A DNA stretch of 64,000 nucleotides, taken from positions 40,442 through 104,441 of the forward strand of contig JAADVB010000036.1 of assembly GCA_023334545.1 (NCBI GenBank), given 5' to 3'. The notes below the pieces were generated by a model that worked only from the letters and a program-made list of their open reading frames with translations, searched no databases and was not told where the DNA came from. How positions within the stretch are numbered: position 1 is the first letter of the stretch; the number at the start of each line of letters is the position of its first letter. The position numbers and the translations under genes are program-made. Shown here one piece after another: positions 47,167-57,781 of the stretch. The DNA is from Salisapilia sapeloensis CBS 127946. Its lineage: Eukaryota > Protista > Oomycota.

Positions 47167-48105
47167 ATGCCATGGATTTCCGACACAAAAACGATGAATA
47201 GCATTTTGAGGGGACTTGCGGCGGCTTTGGGCGCCGAAGACGTCAATATGACAGCGACAGACGAGAGTAAACCTGCTCCAAAAGATGCAAATGTCGTGCC
47301 GATGGATGATAACGTCGAGCAAGCAGCAGAAACGGCTGCAAATGGTCACAAACGGGAGTTGGACGATGGCAGACAGGAGCTGCAGACGAATAAGATTCCT
47401 CGGACGGATCCTCCGGCCTCAGAAAGTCTAGATCCACCCGTTCCGGATCCAGAACCACTTCCAAGTAGCTCTGCTATTGACGAAATGGCAAATGAAGTCA
47501 AAATGGACCAAGCAAGCACTCCCACTGCCGTGGAAATGGACCGTGGAGAGCTCACGACAGAGATGCGAGCGAGACTGGAGGCCAATGTTGCCAAGTTTCT
47601 CGATGACGAGACGGCTGGACCGACTGCATTGGGTCTAGACACTCCATTTATCCGCCCAGCACCAGTGTTTAGTGCTCCATACGGTGGTCGCCGACTGCAA
47701 GGTCTGTCCAGCATCATCGTGGCGCAGAACAAGCGCAGCATCAAATGCTTTGTCCAGACCAACCCAAACGCTCCGTGCTCCCACGCTCGAAACCCTCGCG
47801 TCTCACCTCCCGTTCCTCGCACTGCTGCAGATCAGCTTCCATCAGCAGAGATCCCCGTCGACCTCTTGGTCGTGACCTCCTTCCAAGCTCTTCGACGGAT
47901 CCTAGCACCGCAAGTAGCTCGTCTACTAGAACTAGATACTAGAGTAGAAGATCGGGGACCAGAGTACGTTCCTCGTATTATGAAAATGTACTATTGTGGC
48001 TACGATGGGATACGACGAGATCTCCCGACAGACGACGGAGAGATGGATTGGCTCGGCTTTTGCGCTTCCGTGACGCACCTCACGGCCGTGGCTGTGCCAA
48101 AGTAG
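47167..48105 (+). CDS. Hypothetical protein
   Basis: Long ORF with a disordered acidic/Pro-rich N-half and a globular-looking C-terminus. Start at ATG 47167 or 47194. Confidence 0.75.
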   Translation: MPWISDTKTMNSILRGLAAALGAEDVNMTATDESKPAPKDANVVPMDDNVEQAAETAANGHKRELDDGRQELQTNKIPRTDPPASESLDPPVPDPEPLPSSSAIDEMANEVKMDQASTPTAVEMDRGELTTEMRARLEANVAKFLDDETAGPTALGLDTPFIRPAPVFSAPYGGRRLQGLSSIIVAQNKRSIKCFVQTNPNAPCSHARNPRVSPPVPRTAADQLPSAEIPVDLLVVTSFQALRRILAPQVARLLELDTRVEDRGPEYVPRIMKMYYCGYDGIRRDLPTDDGEMDWLGFCASVTHLTAVAVPK

Positions 48106-48470
48106 TGAGAGTAGCTCGTGTAGTGTGAATGGCGTATGTATAAGTCGTAATGAGATTCAAAGTTTCACTTTCGAGTGGCAGAGCAAGTCTCGTCTGCTTC
48201 TTATAACCTATCAACAGACGTTTCTTCCATTAGGAAGGAAGAAATAGCAGTCCACAGTGGTTACTGCATCCGTCGCATCTATGGATGAAGAAAAGCGATG
48301 TAAGTGGAAGATATCAAGCATCGCGTAAGGACTCTGATAGAAGTACCGGATGAATCATCCTCATCCATGACTTTCATATCAGCAATGAGAGAGAAGACTG
48401 GGTAGGAGTACATCTAACAAAGTCTACCTACCAGTAAAAGATCATTTATTCTTGCCATTTAAAAGGTAGT

Positions 48471-49541
48471 CTACGCATCGACCTGTAGACTCCAAGACTC
48501 TCTGTCGATATGGAACTTGTCGATCTGACCTTGAAATACACCGGCTAAGAACGTATTACTACTGGCGTTGCAGACACCAATATAGGAGGCACTGGGACCG
48601 GAGTGTGGATTCTGGAAGACACATGGTGCGTTCGACTGCTGCATATCCCAGACCTTGACCGTTCCATCTTTCGATACCGAAGCAATCAGTTGATTTGACT
48701 GCTTATCGCCGTCTAAGAAGCAGCAGCCAGTGGCATCCTGTCGATGACCCTCGAACTCGATGACCTGTGCATTCTTTCGACGATCCCAAACGCGGACTTC
48801 ACCTCCGACTCCGTTGAACCCTTTGCTCGAAGTCACAACGTACATCCCATCGGTGGAGACATCGAGGCTTAGAGGAAAGTAGACGTAACCTCGAAAGACT
48901 TGAGATGGCGGGCAATGGCTTTGTCTATCATCCCAGATCTTGACTGTCAAATCTTCACTCCCTTGTACTACGAGAGATGGCTCATGAGTAACCCACTTTG
49001 CACACGTGACGACGTTCTGGGAAATTGTCTGACTAGCTTTCACTTGTGCCGTCGCCAAGTTCCACCATACTACCTTTGTATCTCGACCTCCAGACCACAG
49101 CGTTTGCTCATTCGCATCTACTGCGATGGCAGATACATTGAGTGAATGCTGACGTAGGAAGACACTCGAGTGGGTTTCGCTATCAATGTCCTTTGTAATG
49201 GCAATCGTAGTGTCTCGAGAACAAGAGTACACTCGTGTGCTAGTAGGACTGATAATTATATCATTTACAGATTTTGCATGTATCTTGTATGCTTGTTTAT
49301 TGTCTCTACTTTCCCAACGGAAGCGTTGAATACTACCATCTTCCCATCCAGCGAAGCAGTCTCGATTCTTCGGCTCAAAGCCAATACAACCGAGTACAGT
49401 ATCTTCATCAAAAGACCGTAACTGAACACTATCCTCTCGAATTTCTCCACCATCTTTACTCTGATCATCAGCTTTCCATCTGTCTAGACTAGCACCAGCA
49501 GCATGTCGCGAAGCAGAAGCCTTGGAGCTGCAGGTTCCCAT
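48471..49541 (-). CDS. WDR31: WD40-repeat protein WDR31-like, predicted N-myristoylated
   Basis: MGTCSSK N-terminus. Repeats WSGGRD..., NVVT...W, GSEDLTVKIWD, TSSKGFNGVGGEVRVWDRR and EFEGH match the WDR31 pattern. Confidence 0.8.
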   Translation of the reverse strand: MGTCSSKASASRHAAGASLDRWKADDQSKDGGEIREDSVQLRSFDEDTVLGCIGFEPKNRDCFAGWEDGSIQRFRWESRDNKQAYKIHAKSVNDIIISPTSTRVYSCSRDTTIAITKDIDSETHSSVFLRQHSLNVSAIAVDANEQTLWSGGRDTKVVWWNLATAQVKASQTISQNVVTCAKWVTHEPSLVVQGSEDLTVKIWDDRQSHCPPSQVFRGYVYFPLSLDVSTDGMYVVTSSKGFNGVGGEVRVWDRRKNAQVIEFEGHRQDATGCCFLDGDKQSNQLIASVSKDGTVKVWDMQQSNAPCVFQNPHSGPSASYIGVCNASSNTFLAGVFQGQIDKFHIDRESWSLQVDA

Positions 49542-49614
49542 GAGCACTTCTAGCGTTTCAAGATCTCCAGTACCGTTCGCGTATATCATGTAAAAGACAA
49601 CAACAAGCTATCAC

Positions 49615-51672
49615 ATGGATCGGCAGGAGCTCCCAGCAGGCTGGTTGATCCGAGTATCTCGGTCCAAGAGCAAAGTCTACTACTACAATACCACTTCAGG
49701 AGAGACACAATGGACGAGACCAACTTCTCCAGCAGAAAGAAGTAGTAAAAAACAAAAGACAGTCGTAGAGAGTGAATCAAAGGACGAAGACCAAAGCAAA
49801 GCCTTTGCATCCATGCGTGTAGGTGGATCAGTCAAGTCTGCTTCCAGTCTATTCACGCCATGGGAGCATCAGGTCAATGCAGTCTCGAATATTATTAAAA
49901 ATGTCCGGCAAGTTTCCACTACACAGCATCAGAAATACCTTCTCCAGCATAGCACTGGATCCGGCAAAAGTATCGTCATGGCAGCTTTAGCACACCAACT
50001 CTTGTACGTGGTAGACGATAGCAACCATCGTTTTCACACTGTCATCCTCCTCTTCGACCGTATCAAGCTAGACGATCAAGTCGGGTCCACCGTCGAGCGC
50101 TTCCTCCAGCGTAATGGCGTGAACGAAGTCTTTCGAGCCGACTCTGCTCGCCACTTTGCCTCGTTAATCGAAGCAGATACCTCTTCTACTACTCCAAAGC
50201 AGCGTGTTATCATCACTACCATCCAAAAGCTAGCTACTCTCGTCCAGGACGCAGTGGCGCTCACTCGTCTCTTCCACCATACCACGAACTCCGATGACGC
50301 CTCTAGCTTCGACCGCACGGCCATCCTGACAGATGAAGCCCATCGGTCTCACTCCAAGACCACGAGAGAAGCGATAGAAACGGTGATGCAAGCAGGATCC
50401 AACGCGAAATTGACGTTCGTAGGGTTCACAGCGACTCCGAATGCTGCGTCGTTAGAGCTCTTCGGGACAGAAGAAGACGGATGGCTGCATCCGTTCGACT
50501 GCTATTCCATGTCCCAAGCAGTCCAGGATAAACGTATACTCAACGTCCTACAGAACTACTCTTGTGTCCACTGCCATGTCGAAACGAACCTCCCATCAAA
50601 CGTTCGAGCTAGTCTACAGCAAAAGCATCTACTACGAAAGGTGATGGACGTAGCTAGCGAACTAGACACTTGTCTTAAGGCCAAGACGCTGTACATGATG
50701 GAGGACTATGCCCAGACAAAGGCTCTACACAGTCGACTTAAAGTAGTTCTCTCCCTCCTCTTCTCCATTTATATACTCATGTAGATACTGATAGTGCATG
50801 GTCGTCGCACGCAGCCGTCGAGACGTCCTTCGCTACTATAACTTCATCTGTCGCTTCCTACAGAACAAGTACACTAGCATCCTACCTAGCTCTACGTCCA
50901 TCTAACGTCTCGAATCGATAGAGGACACGACTACAAGGTCTATGCGTCCTTTAGTGGCTCGCAGCCATACGACACGTCTGATCTGAATGGCAAGAGTGTC
51001 ACGGAGCAGAGTTTGAATACATGTAGTCTCGCGTCGGCAGACGTTGTCGTTGTTTGTGATAAGCTCGATACAGGATATAATGACCCTATGCTTGCCTCGA
51101 TGTACATTGATCGAGTGCTCAAGTCATCTACGCAGACAGTGCAGTTGCTAAGTCGACTTAATCGACCTGCAAAGGGGAAGACAGGTACCAAAGTGGTGGA
51201 CTTTGCCAACCATGTGGCTTCCATCCGCATGCACTTTGCCAAGTACTGGGGGCACACGCGTATGCCATCCAGCGCTAGTGGACATTCGGATGAAACACGT
51301 AGACTAGAGGTGATTACAGGCTCGACTGTCGTGAATGACCAACTGCCTGCGCTTGCTGATGCAGCAACGCAAGAAGAGGTAGATGACCTCGTGCAAGACA
51401 CGATCGAACCATTGGAACGTGACCGCTTCCAACAAATCAAAGATGCATTGGACTTATGTCTAAATGCATGGGAGTTCGTACAAGATGCAGAGGACGTCAG
51501 CAACGTCCCGCGCGACCAGCTACGGATGCTAAGGAAGAGCATCAGCCGCGTGACAAGTGTCGACGACGACGATTTCCTCCAAGACATACTACCAAAACTA
51601 TCTAGTCGAGTACAGCATCGAGAGACTACATTCCATGGCAACATTGACCTCCACTCCCTTCTACACGACTAA
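49615..51672 (+). CDS. WW domain fused to type I restriction enzyme R-subunit (HsdR)-like SF2 ATPase/translocase, 3 exons
   Basis: WW: LPAGW...YYYN..SGETQW.RP. Motor motifs: QHSTGSGKS, TTIQKL, DEAH, FTATP, K|CMVVARSR, DKLDTGYN and VQLLSRLNR. Introns 50743..50794 and 50869..50921 restore one frame. Confidence 0.85.
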
Positions 51673-51847
51673 TCCACATCATCTACATCGCCATCGAGGC
51701 ATGCTCGTACCACTTCAACTCCATTTTCGCCGTAGATTTAGCTCCTTTCTTATTTTGGAAACGCTACAAGTCGATAGTTGTGAAATGTAAATTTAGCCTA
51801 TACCGAAATACTCGTTTACTCGACGGAACGAGAGAGCGAAGCGAAGG

Positions 51848-52873
51848 ATGGCGAGCTCCAACAGCGCCGTGAACGCCCCACGCGCTACGGATAGCACTGC
51901 TGCTACTGGGACATCTCCTCCAAAGCCATGGGAGCAACGGAGTGCAGCACAACGATCTAACAGCGCTTTGAACACTGGAAATACGTCTGTCGGTGGTCTC
52001 ACGCAGTCCACGGCCACGTCCGCTGGCGTCAATGCCAATGCATACAATACGCAGCAGACGCAATATATGCAGCAAACGGCAGATAACACGATGACTAGTC
52101 CATACAATACAAACACGTACGGCGGATATAATAGCGGGTACGGTGGATACAATAGCAGTATCGGAACACCAGGGTACACGAGTCCCATGACGTCGTACGG
52201 AGGCTATGGTGGAGGCTACGGAGGGAGCTATGGAGGCTACGGCGGCTACGGTGGCATGAGCTCCTTTGGCGGTGGATACGGCGGATTCGGTGGCATGGGT
52301 TACGGCGGCATGAACCGCTTCGGAATGGGCTCTGGCATGATGGGCGGCATGAACGGAGGCAATATGATGGACCCGAACGCTCCTTTCAGCTGGCTCAATA
52401 GCTTTAACCGTGTCATCGGCTCCATCGGACAGATCACAGAGGTACGACCTACTTGCCTTATATGTATATATATATATAGAACGCATCTAATGAGGAAGTA
52501 GATGCTAGGCATGAACGCCGAGGCACTCAACTATTGCGTCGGCAGCTTTATCAACTTTATGGAACGTCTCGGAGGCATGTTTGCGAACTTTGCAGCCATG
52601 CTATCTCCTCGTCCGGAGTTCCCGCCTGGGCATCCGAGGCATGGGGAACCACCTATGACAGAAGAAGAGGAGCAGAGTCGACGACGAAGAGTCCGGATCG
52701 TCCAGTTTTTACTTTCTATGGTCGCGCTTTCGGCAATGTACAAATTCGGTCGATGGATCGCGAGTTTACGAAAGGTCTCGAGACCGAGGATCATGGCGTC
52801 TCAATCGACAAACGTCCGGAATGACCTCGAACGCATCTTTCAGCACTCGACTGCACCGTCGAGTAGTAAATAA
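51848..52873 (+). CDS. PEX13: Peroxisomal membrane protein PEX13 (no SH3 domain)
   Basis: SPPKPWE motif, YG/GM-rich region, intron 52442..52501, and a C-terminal hydrophobic segment. Confidence 0.8.
52465..52478. repeat. (TA)7 microsatellite in PEX13 intron
   Basis: Direct reading of the sequence. Confidence 0.9.
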
Positions 52874-52965
52874 ATACATAGCTTTGGAACATCAAGGAGG
52901 CGTGTATGTCATGTCAGACGTGAGGAAAGAGGATTTGTTGTGATTTAATGGTAGCATCAGTGTCT

Positions 52966-53220
52966 CTATCCACCACTAATCGGTGGAATGAGTGCGACTT
53001 CATCTCCATCTGATAGCTGTCCTGCGTCTGTCGTGTACTCTTGGTTCTTGGCAAATGTAATTGAGCTTAGGAGATCACTTGCAGCTGGGTGTTTACTACA
53101 AAGGTGCTTTCGTAGGTCTCCTAGGCTTTGCAGTGTATCTACCAGCTCGACTTGTTCTTCACGTACACCCACCTCCTCTCTAGCAGAGGCAAAGTAGAGC
53201 ACCTTGATGCTTGACGACAT
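52966..53220 (-). CDS. MOCS2A: Molybdopterin synthase sulfur-carrier subunit (MoaD)
   Basis: IKVLYFASARE...ALIPPISGG* with a C-terminal di-glycine. Confidence 0.95.
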   Translation of the reverse strand: MSSSIKVLYFASAREEVGVREEQVELVDTLQSLGDLRKHLCSKHPAASDLLSSITFAKNQEYTTDAGQLSDGDEVALIPPISGG

Positions 53221-53335
53221 ACTCGATTTCCAAATGGGCTTTTGATGCGCTTGTCAGAATAGTTCGGACACCTGGTCTGGAAAATGCGAATAAAGTGTCT
53301 ATTACTTTACATGGAACAAGAAGATGTCCAAGTGT

Positions 53336-55324
53336 CTACTCTACTTGGGTCCAGGACTCTCTGTCAACGAGACACGAATCCCCAGCACTCTTCGGTCGGT
53401 CAAGTGTCTCTAGATCGGGATAGATGAGTGGCATTTGCACTAGAGGAATGCTACCACGACGTTTTGTATCGTCATCGAGCGGATCACGAGGTCGTTCGAC
53501 AGTCCCTGTGACCGTCTTCAACAGTTTATCGCCTCCATACACTTCTGGTGCGTGACCCAGTATGTCCTGTAGTTGAGTATCCGCACCGGATTCCCCAAGG
53601 GTTACCATACAGCTGCCATTCGCATGCACTGCGCTGCAGTGGTACGCCGTCCATCCACTCCGATCGACTTGATTCATGTCTGCACCGAGTTCGATAAGCA
53701 CTCGGATGGTTGACGGTTTCCCACGAGTTGCTGCCCAATGCAGAGCTGTCCGTCCTTGTATATCAGTCAAATGGACGTCAGCACCCATACCCACGAGTTT
53801 CTTCACGGCAGTGTTATGTCCATTGGCAGCAGCACACATGAGCGCCGTCCAGCCGTCTGCATCTCTCCTGTTCACCTGTAACGTAGGGCGTTGGAAAGCA
53901 GTTGATGCATCTGTATTCAAGAGAATAGCCGCAAGGGTGTCCAGTACATGTATCTGGCCGTACTCGGCAGCATAATGAAGTGCTGTCCAGCCAGAGCCGT
54001 CCGCGACGTTCGCATCACACCCGCGTTCAATCCACTCTGTGACTTCCTCAATCCTCCCGCGTCCACATGCCAGTCGCAAGTGCTGCCCACACTTGTGTGC
54101 AGGAGCATATAGAATAGCAAACAAATTAAGTGCTTCTTTCCAACTGATCGAATCGACAATCTCTGGCGCGACTATCGTCGTCTCCTCTTCTATCGACGTA
54201 TCTACCTCTTTCAACGGAAGCTTCTCTACAACTAGCCTTGTATAATTCTCTTCCGACAATTTGATGCCAGTGCGCTCGAGGATAGTTGGTAGCTGAGATA
54301 CAGAAATACGATTCAAATCACTTCCTTCGACAGCTAAACTCTTCTCCATCAAGGCTAAATCGCTCGCTTTTAATTCACTTATCGGTGTCATCTCGAGTTT
54401 GCTCGGTCCATCGATGACCCCTCCATTTGCATCCACCGTCGTCAGCCTTGCGTTCGTAACATCGTCCTTGCCTGTCCACGTCTCGGTCGTAGGATTCTTC
54501 ACGCGGAAGATGGTCAAATGCAAGCTACTACCAGCGGCGACTATACTCGTAAATGTTATTTCGAAGCTCTGGTGCTCTGAATCCCATGATGCAGTTATGG
54601 AAAGTTGGCTTTTGGACTTTATGGAAACCTCGGGATGGATGTCCATGTCCCAATCTTGAGACGATGGCAAATCGATCAGAAGTTTGCCGCCGATAGGGAT
54701 GCTGCCATGCACATCTACCCGAAGGGTGACGTCGGAGACGACGGAAGGGAGACACGTGAAAGGAGTCCAACGCTTTTCTCCGGTCAATTCACCAGGGATG
54801 ATCGTGGGGAGGGTAAAAGTGCACGGACCATCGAGACACTGGCCTCCTCGTGTCGATGGCGGCACAGTCTTGCGAACGATTAGCTTTTCATAGCACGAGA
54901 TGACCAAGTCGGCCTGAGACGTGGCACTCGACGGCGTGTGTACACCTGAAATGATCATGTGAAGAGGTGCATTGGATAAGAGCTGTCCTTCAATCAACGT
55001 GCACTCGAGCAGATGTTTGGCACTTGACCACGTCGCATCCAGTCGAGGCGCTTCCCCACTCGTAGGTGTCTGCAGGATGACACGAGGTGTCTTCGACGAG
55101 AGTTTCCATCCATATGACGGAAATTGCAGCGTAAAGCGACTGTAGATCGGAATCGCGTGATGGGTCACGAACGCAATGGTCAGCGTACCGAGCATACCTG
55201 GATAAGGTGACTCGGGTCGAACGACCCAGTCTCCCTGAAATTGCCCCGTCTCAACCTTCCAATGTCGCTTCGCGAGCTTCACGTGCACTCCATCTGTATT
55301 GTCGTCGTCCGAGTCACTGGCCAT
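53336..55324 (-). CDS. Protein with two tandem beta-sandwich-like repeats, EF-hand-like segment and ankyrin repeats
   Basis: Ankyrin motifs GWTALHYAAEYG, GWTALMCAAANG, GRTALHWAATRG and GWTAYHCS. The N-terminal half is internally duplicated. ATG at 55324. Confidence 0.85.
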   Translation of the reverse strand: MASDSDDDNTDGVHVKLAKRHWKVETGQFQGDWVVRPESPYPGMLGTLTIAFVTHHAIPIYSRFTLQFPSYGWKLSSKTPRVILQTPTSGEAPRLDATWSSAKHLLECTLIEGQLLSNAPLHMIISGVHTPSSATSQADLVISCYEKLIVRKTVPPSTRGGQCLDGPCTFTLPTIIPGELTGEKRWTPFTCLPSVVSDVTLRVDVHGSIPIGGKLLIDLPSSQDWDMDIHPEVSIKSKSQLSITASWDSEHQSFEITFTSIVAAGSSLHLTIFRVKNPTTETWTGKDDVTNARLTTVDANGGVIDGPSKLEMTPISELKASDLALMEKSLAVEGSDLNRISVSQLPTILERTGIKLSEENYTRLVVEKLPLKEVDTSIEEETTIVAPEIVDSISWKEALNLFAILYAPAHKCGQHLRLACGRGRIEEVTEWIERGCDANVADGSGWTALHYAAEYGQIHVLDTLAAILLNTDASTAFQRPTLQVNRRDADGWTALMCAAANGHNTAVKKLVGMGADVHLTDIQGRTALHWAATRGKPSTIRVLIELGADMNQVDRSGWTAYHCSAVHANGSCMVTLGESGADTQLQDILGHAPEVYGGDKLLKTVTGTVERPRDPLDDDTKRRGSIPLVQMPLIYPDLETLDRPKSAGDSCLVDRESWTQVE

Positions 55325-55426
55325 TGACACTCTGCATGCAAGTCGTTTCAGCGCGATATCAGGAGCATGTCGACTGAGACGGTACCAATGATGATGCATG
55401 CGCTATCTTCCTCCGATTGGTTATAA

Positions 55427-56704
55427 ATGCCTTGTCGTCCCCTCGTCCCACTTTCGAGGACGCAGCACAGACATTCGCAGTATACGATCGTAGCGACAGG
55501 AAGAAGATGGGTTTCTGGGACCATATTAAACACCGGTATCGCTTCCGTTCCAAAGAGAACATTATCGAGTACGTCAAGATCGAATGGGCTCTATTTAAGC
55601 AAGAGTGGAAAGTCATCATCCCATGCATCATCATGCAGTGTACGTCCGCTGGTTTCAATTCTTTTAATTCTTTCTAAATTCTTAGCTTTTTCTTTCCAGA
55701 CGTCCATGGTGTCTTCCATAACGTCGCGTACTGGATCCAGGCGCATGAAGTCGCGACTCGCCAACGCTTCATCCTATGGGACCTCGGCTACGAAATCTTC
55801 CCTGAACTCCCGTACGTTCTCTTTCTCCCATCTTCCATCGACATCCTACTCATGATCCAATAGAGACAAGTACTCGTTCTTATCCGAACTCTTCGTCTTT
55901 GGTGGTATCTTTGCCCCAGGCATTCTACTCATATGCACCATCCCCGTGTTCGTGCAGAACCCAAAGCACCCGCGCTACCTCGTCATTGTCCTGAAACGCA
56001 CGCTGATGCACATCAGCATCTGTCTCTTCTTCCGTATCGTATCGTTCCTTGTAACGGCGCTACCGTCTCCTGCACGTCATTGCAGGCTCGACTTTGATGA
56101 GGAATGTCTCCAGAAGAACGGGAACAATTACCTCGACTGCGTCAAGCCGAACAAAGAGTTCAATCCACCAAACGTAGGCGAGATTTTCTACAATATGGAC
56201 GCACTCGAAGGTATGTAGCACCTAAAGCAATTGGAAGGAACGTATCTAATCCACTCTATCCTAGGCTGCGGAGACCTTATGTTCAGCTCCCACACCATCT
56301 ACAGTCTCTCTATCATCCTCGTCGTCTACAAGTACTGGCCGAGCAAGAAACTCCTCGGCATCATGCTCGCCGTCTTGACGGCCATCGCCATCCTCATCGT
56401 CGCCGCGAGAAAACACTATACGCTCGACGTATACTCGGCGCTATACATCGTGCCGCTCATCTGGCTCGTTCAGGAGGCTTACTACAAGGACATTAACAAC
56501 AAGGATGTCCAGATAAACGCTAAGACCATCCACGAGTTCTACGGTGTCGACGTCACGCCGGACCTTAATAACGGTGCCCAAGCGCATGCATCCTCCACAC
56601 CACTTGAAGCCGTGCAGGTGGAGATGACGAATGACGACACGGCGGATGTCTACACCCCTCAAGGTAACGAAAGCAGCGCCACGTTTAGCCGCGAGAACAA
56701 GTGA
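55427..56704 (+). CDS. Sphingolipid phosphoryl transferase (IPC synthase/sphingomyelin synthase, PAP2-like), 4 exons
   Basis: LWDLGYE, FFRIVSFLVTALPSP..HC, GCGDLMFSSHT and ARKHYTLDV motifs, with multiple TM helices. Confidence 0.9.
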
Positions 56705-56959
56705 GGAGCCAACGTCTTCCAGTTACCACTGGACTGTCCATTGCTATTTCACTTGATAGACGCAGCTCTTGCTATTCAATACGCTTTCCTTTTCTTTTAT
56801 ATCCAATCCATCGTTGCTTATGGTTTCTGTCATTGGATACTTGTAGCTCGAAGCTACGGATCGTTCGAGTGAGACGTCTACATGTCCAAGTTACCACGCC
56901 GCTTCCTTATAAAGCAAATCGGAACTTTGATAAGAAAAATGAATTGAAAAACATGAGAA

Positions 56960-57781
56960 TTAGTCGTAAAATGCACTGAGTTGAGACAGTAGGTCCTTGT
57001 CCCCTAGCTCCTCCAGACTACTTGACGTCTGACTCGTACGCAAGCTCCATGCGTACGAAGCTGCTTCTTTCACGGCCTCTGTCCATGTTGACAGTCGCTT
57101 GTCACTACTTTCTACGTCTGCTTGTTGCTGCTTGTTGGATGCGCGTGATTGCTCCTGCAGAGTGTCGCACGAAGTCGATATGATCAGGACGCAACGGTCA
57201 TTCGTGTTTGAGAACTGGATCCACACTTCCAGTGGCGCTAGTTTCCGTGAATGCATGAGCGTAGGATATGTAGGTAGTGCGGTCTTTAATAATGGCGTAG
57301 TTGCCTTCAAACGAGGCTGATAGAGTGGCACTGGCGTGTCTCGAGTGAAGCTCTTGTGCGTCAAGAGCAGTCGTTTCGAATCGACTTGCAGCTCGCAATG
57401 GAAATGCAGGCGAATGAGCTGCGTTAAAAAGTCGGTCAAGTCCAAGCCGACGAGGGCTGGAAGCTGATTGCGCTCCGTGACGTCGACGGCGATCGTGCGG
57501 CCGTCGTTCATCCAACTAAGGCAGCTTGATTCCGATCGCGTGGCGAGAGCAGACCGGAGTAGTCGTAGCACACGAACGTGCTCGTCAGCCACGACCTGTG
57601 AATCTGTCGACACACCCGAAAGAACGGTATTATATATTCAAAAGCTTCTATCTGGAGGGATAAAGGGCTGCTCGGACCGTTCGCCATATCTTGCCGTCGG
57701 TCTGCTGGTACTTGCAGCCTTCTTTTCGTCCTTTGCAAGGTCTTTTATTGACCGCAGAACAGTCAGTGCATCCAAGTGCAT
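56960..57781 (-). CDS. Protein with degenerate HSF-type DNA-binding domain; 5' structure uncertain
   Basis: LSWMNDGRTIAV...FLTQL...F...LTHKSFTRDTP resembles the HSF DBD. The upstream ATG at 57781 is separated by an in-frame TGA (57638-40), possibly removed by intron 57604..57711. Confidence 0.55.

Noticed and set aside
48281-48345. Possible C/D snoRNA (ATGAAG...CTGA)
   Set aside because: Box C is non-canonical, there is no terminal stem, and I recognised no rRNA guide.
49615-51672. Bacterial contamination or a complete type I R-M operon
   Set aside because: Spliceosomal introns, an in-frame WW domain, eukaryotic neighbours 73 bp and 175 bp away, and no hsdM/hsdS in the window.
52874-52966. 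Bicistronic MOCS2A/MOCS2B arrangement as in animals
   Set aside because: No MoaE-like ORF follows MOCS2A; the sequence runs into the PEX13 3' end.
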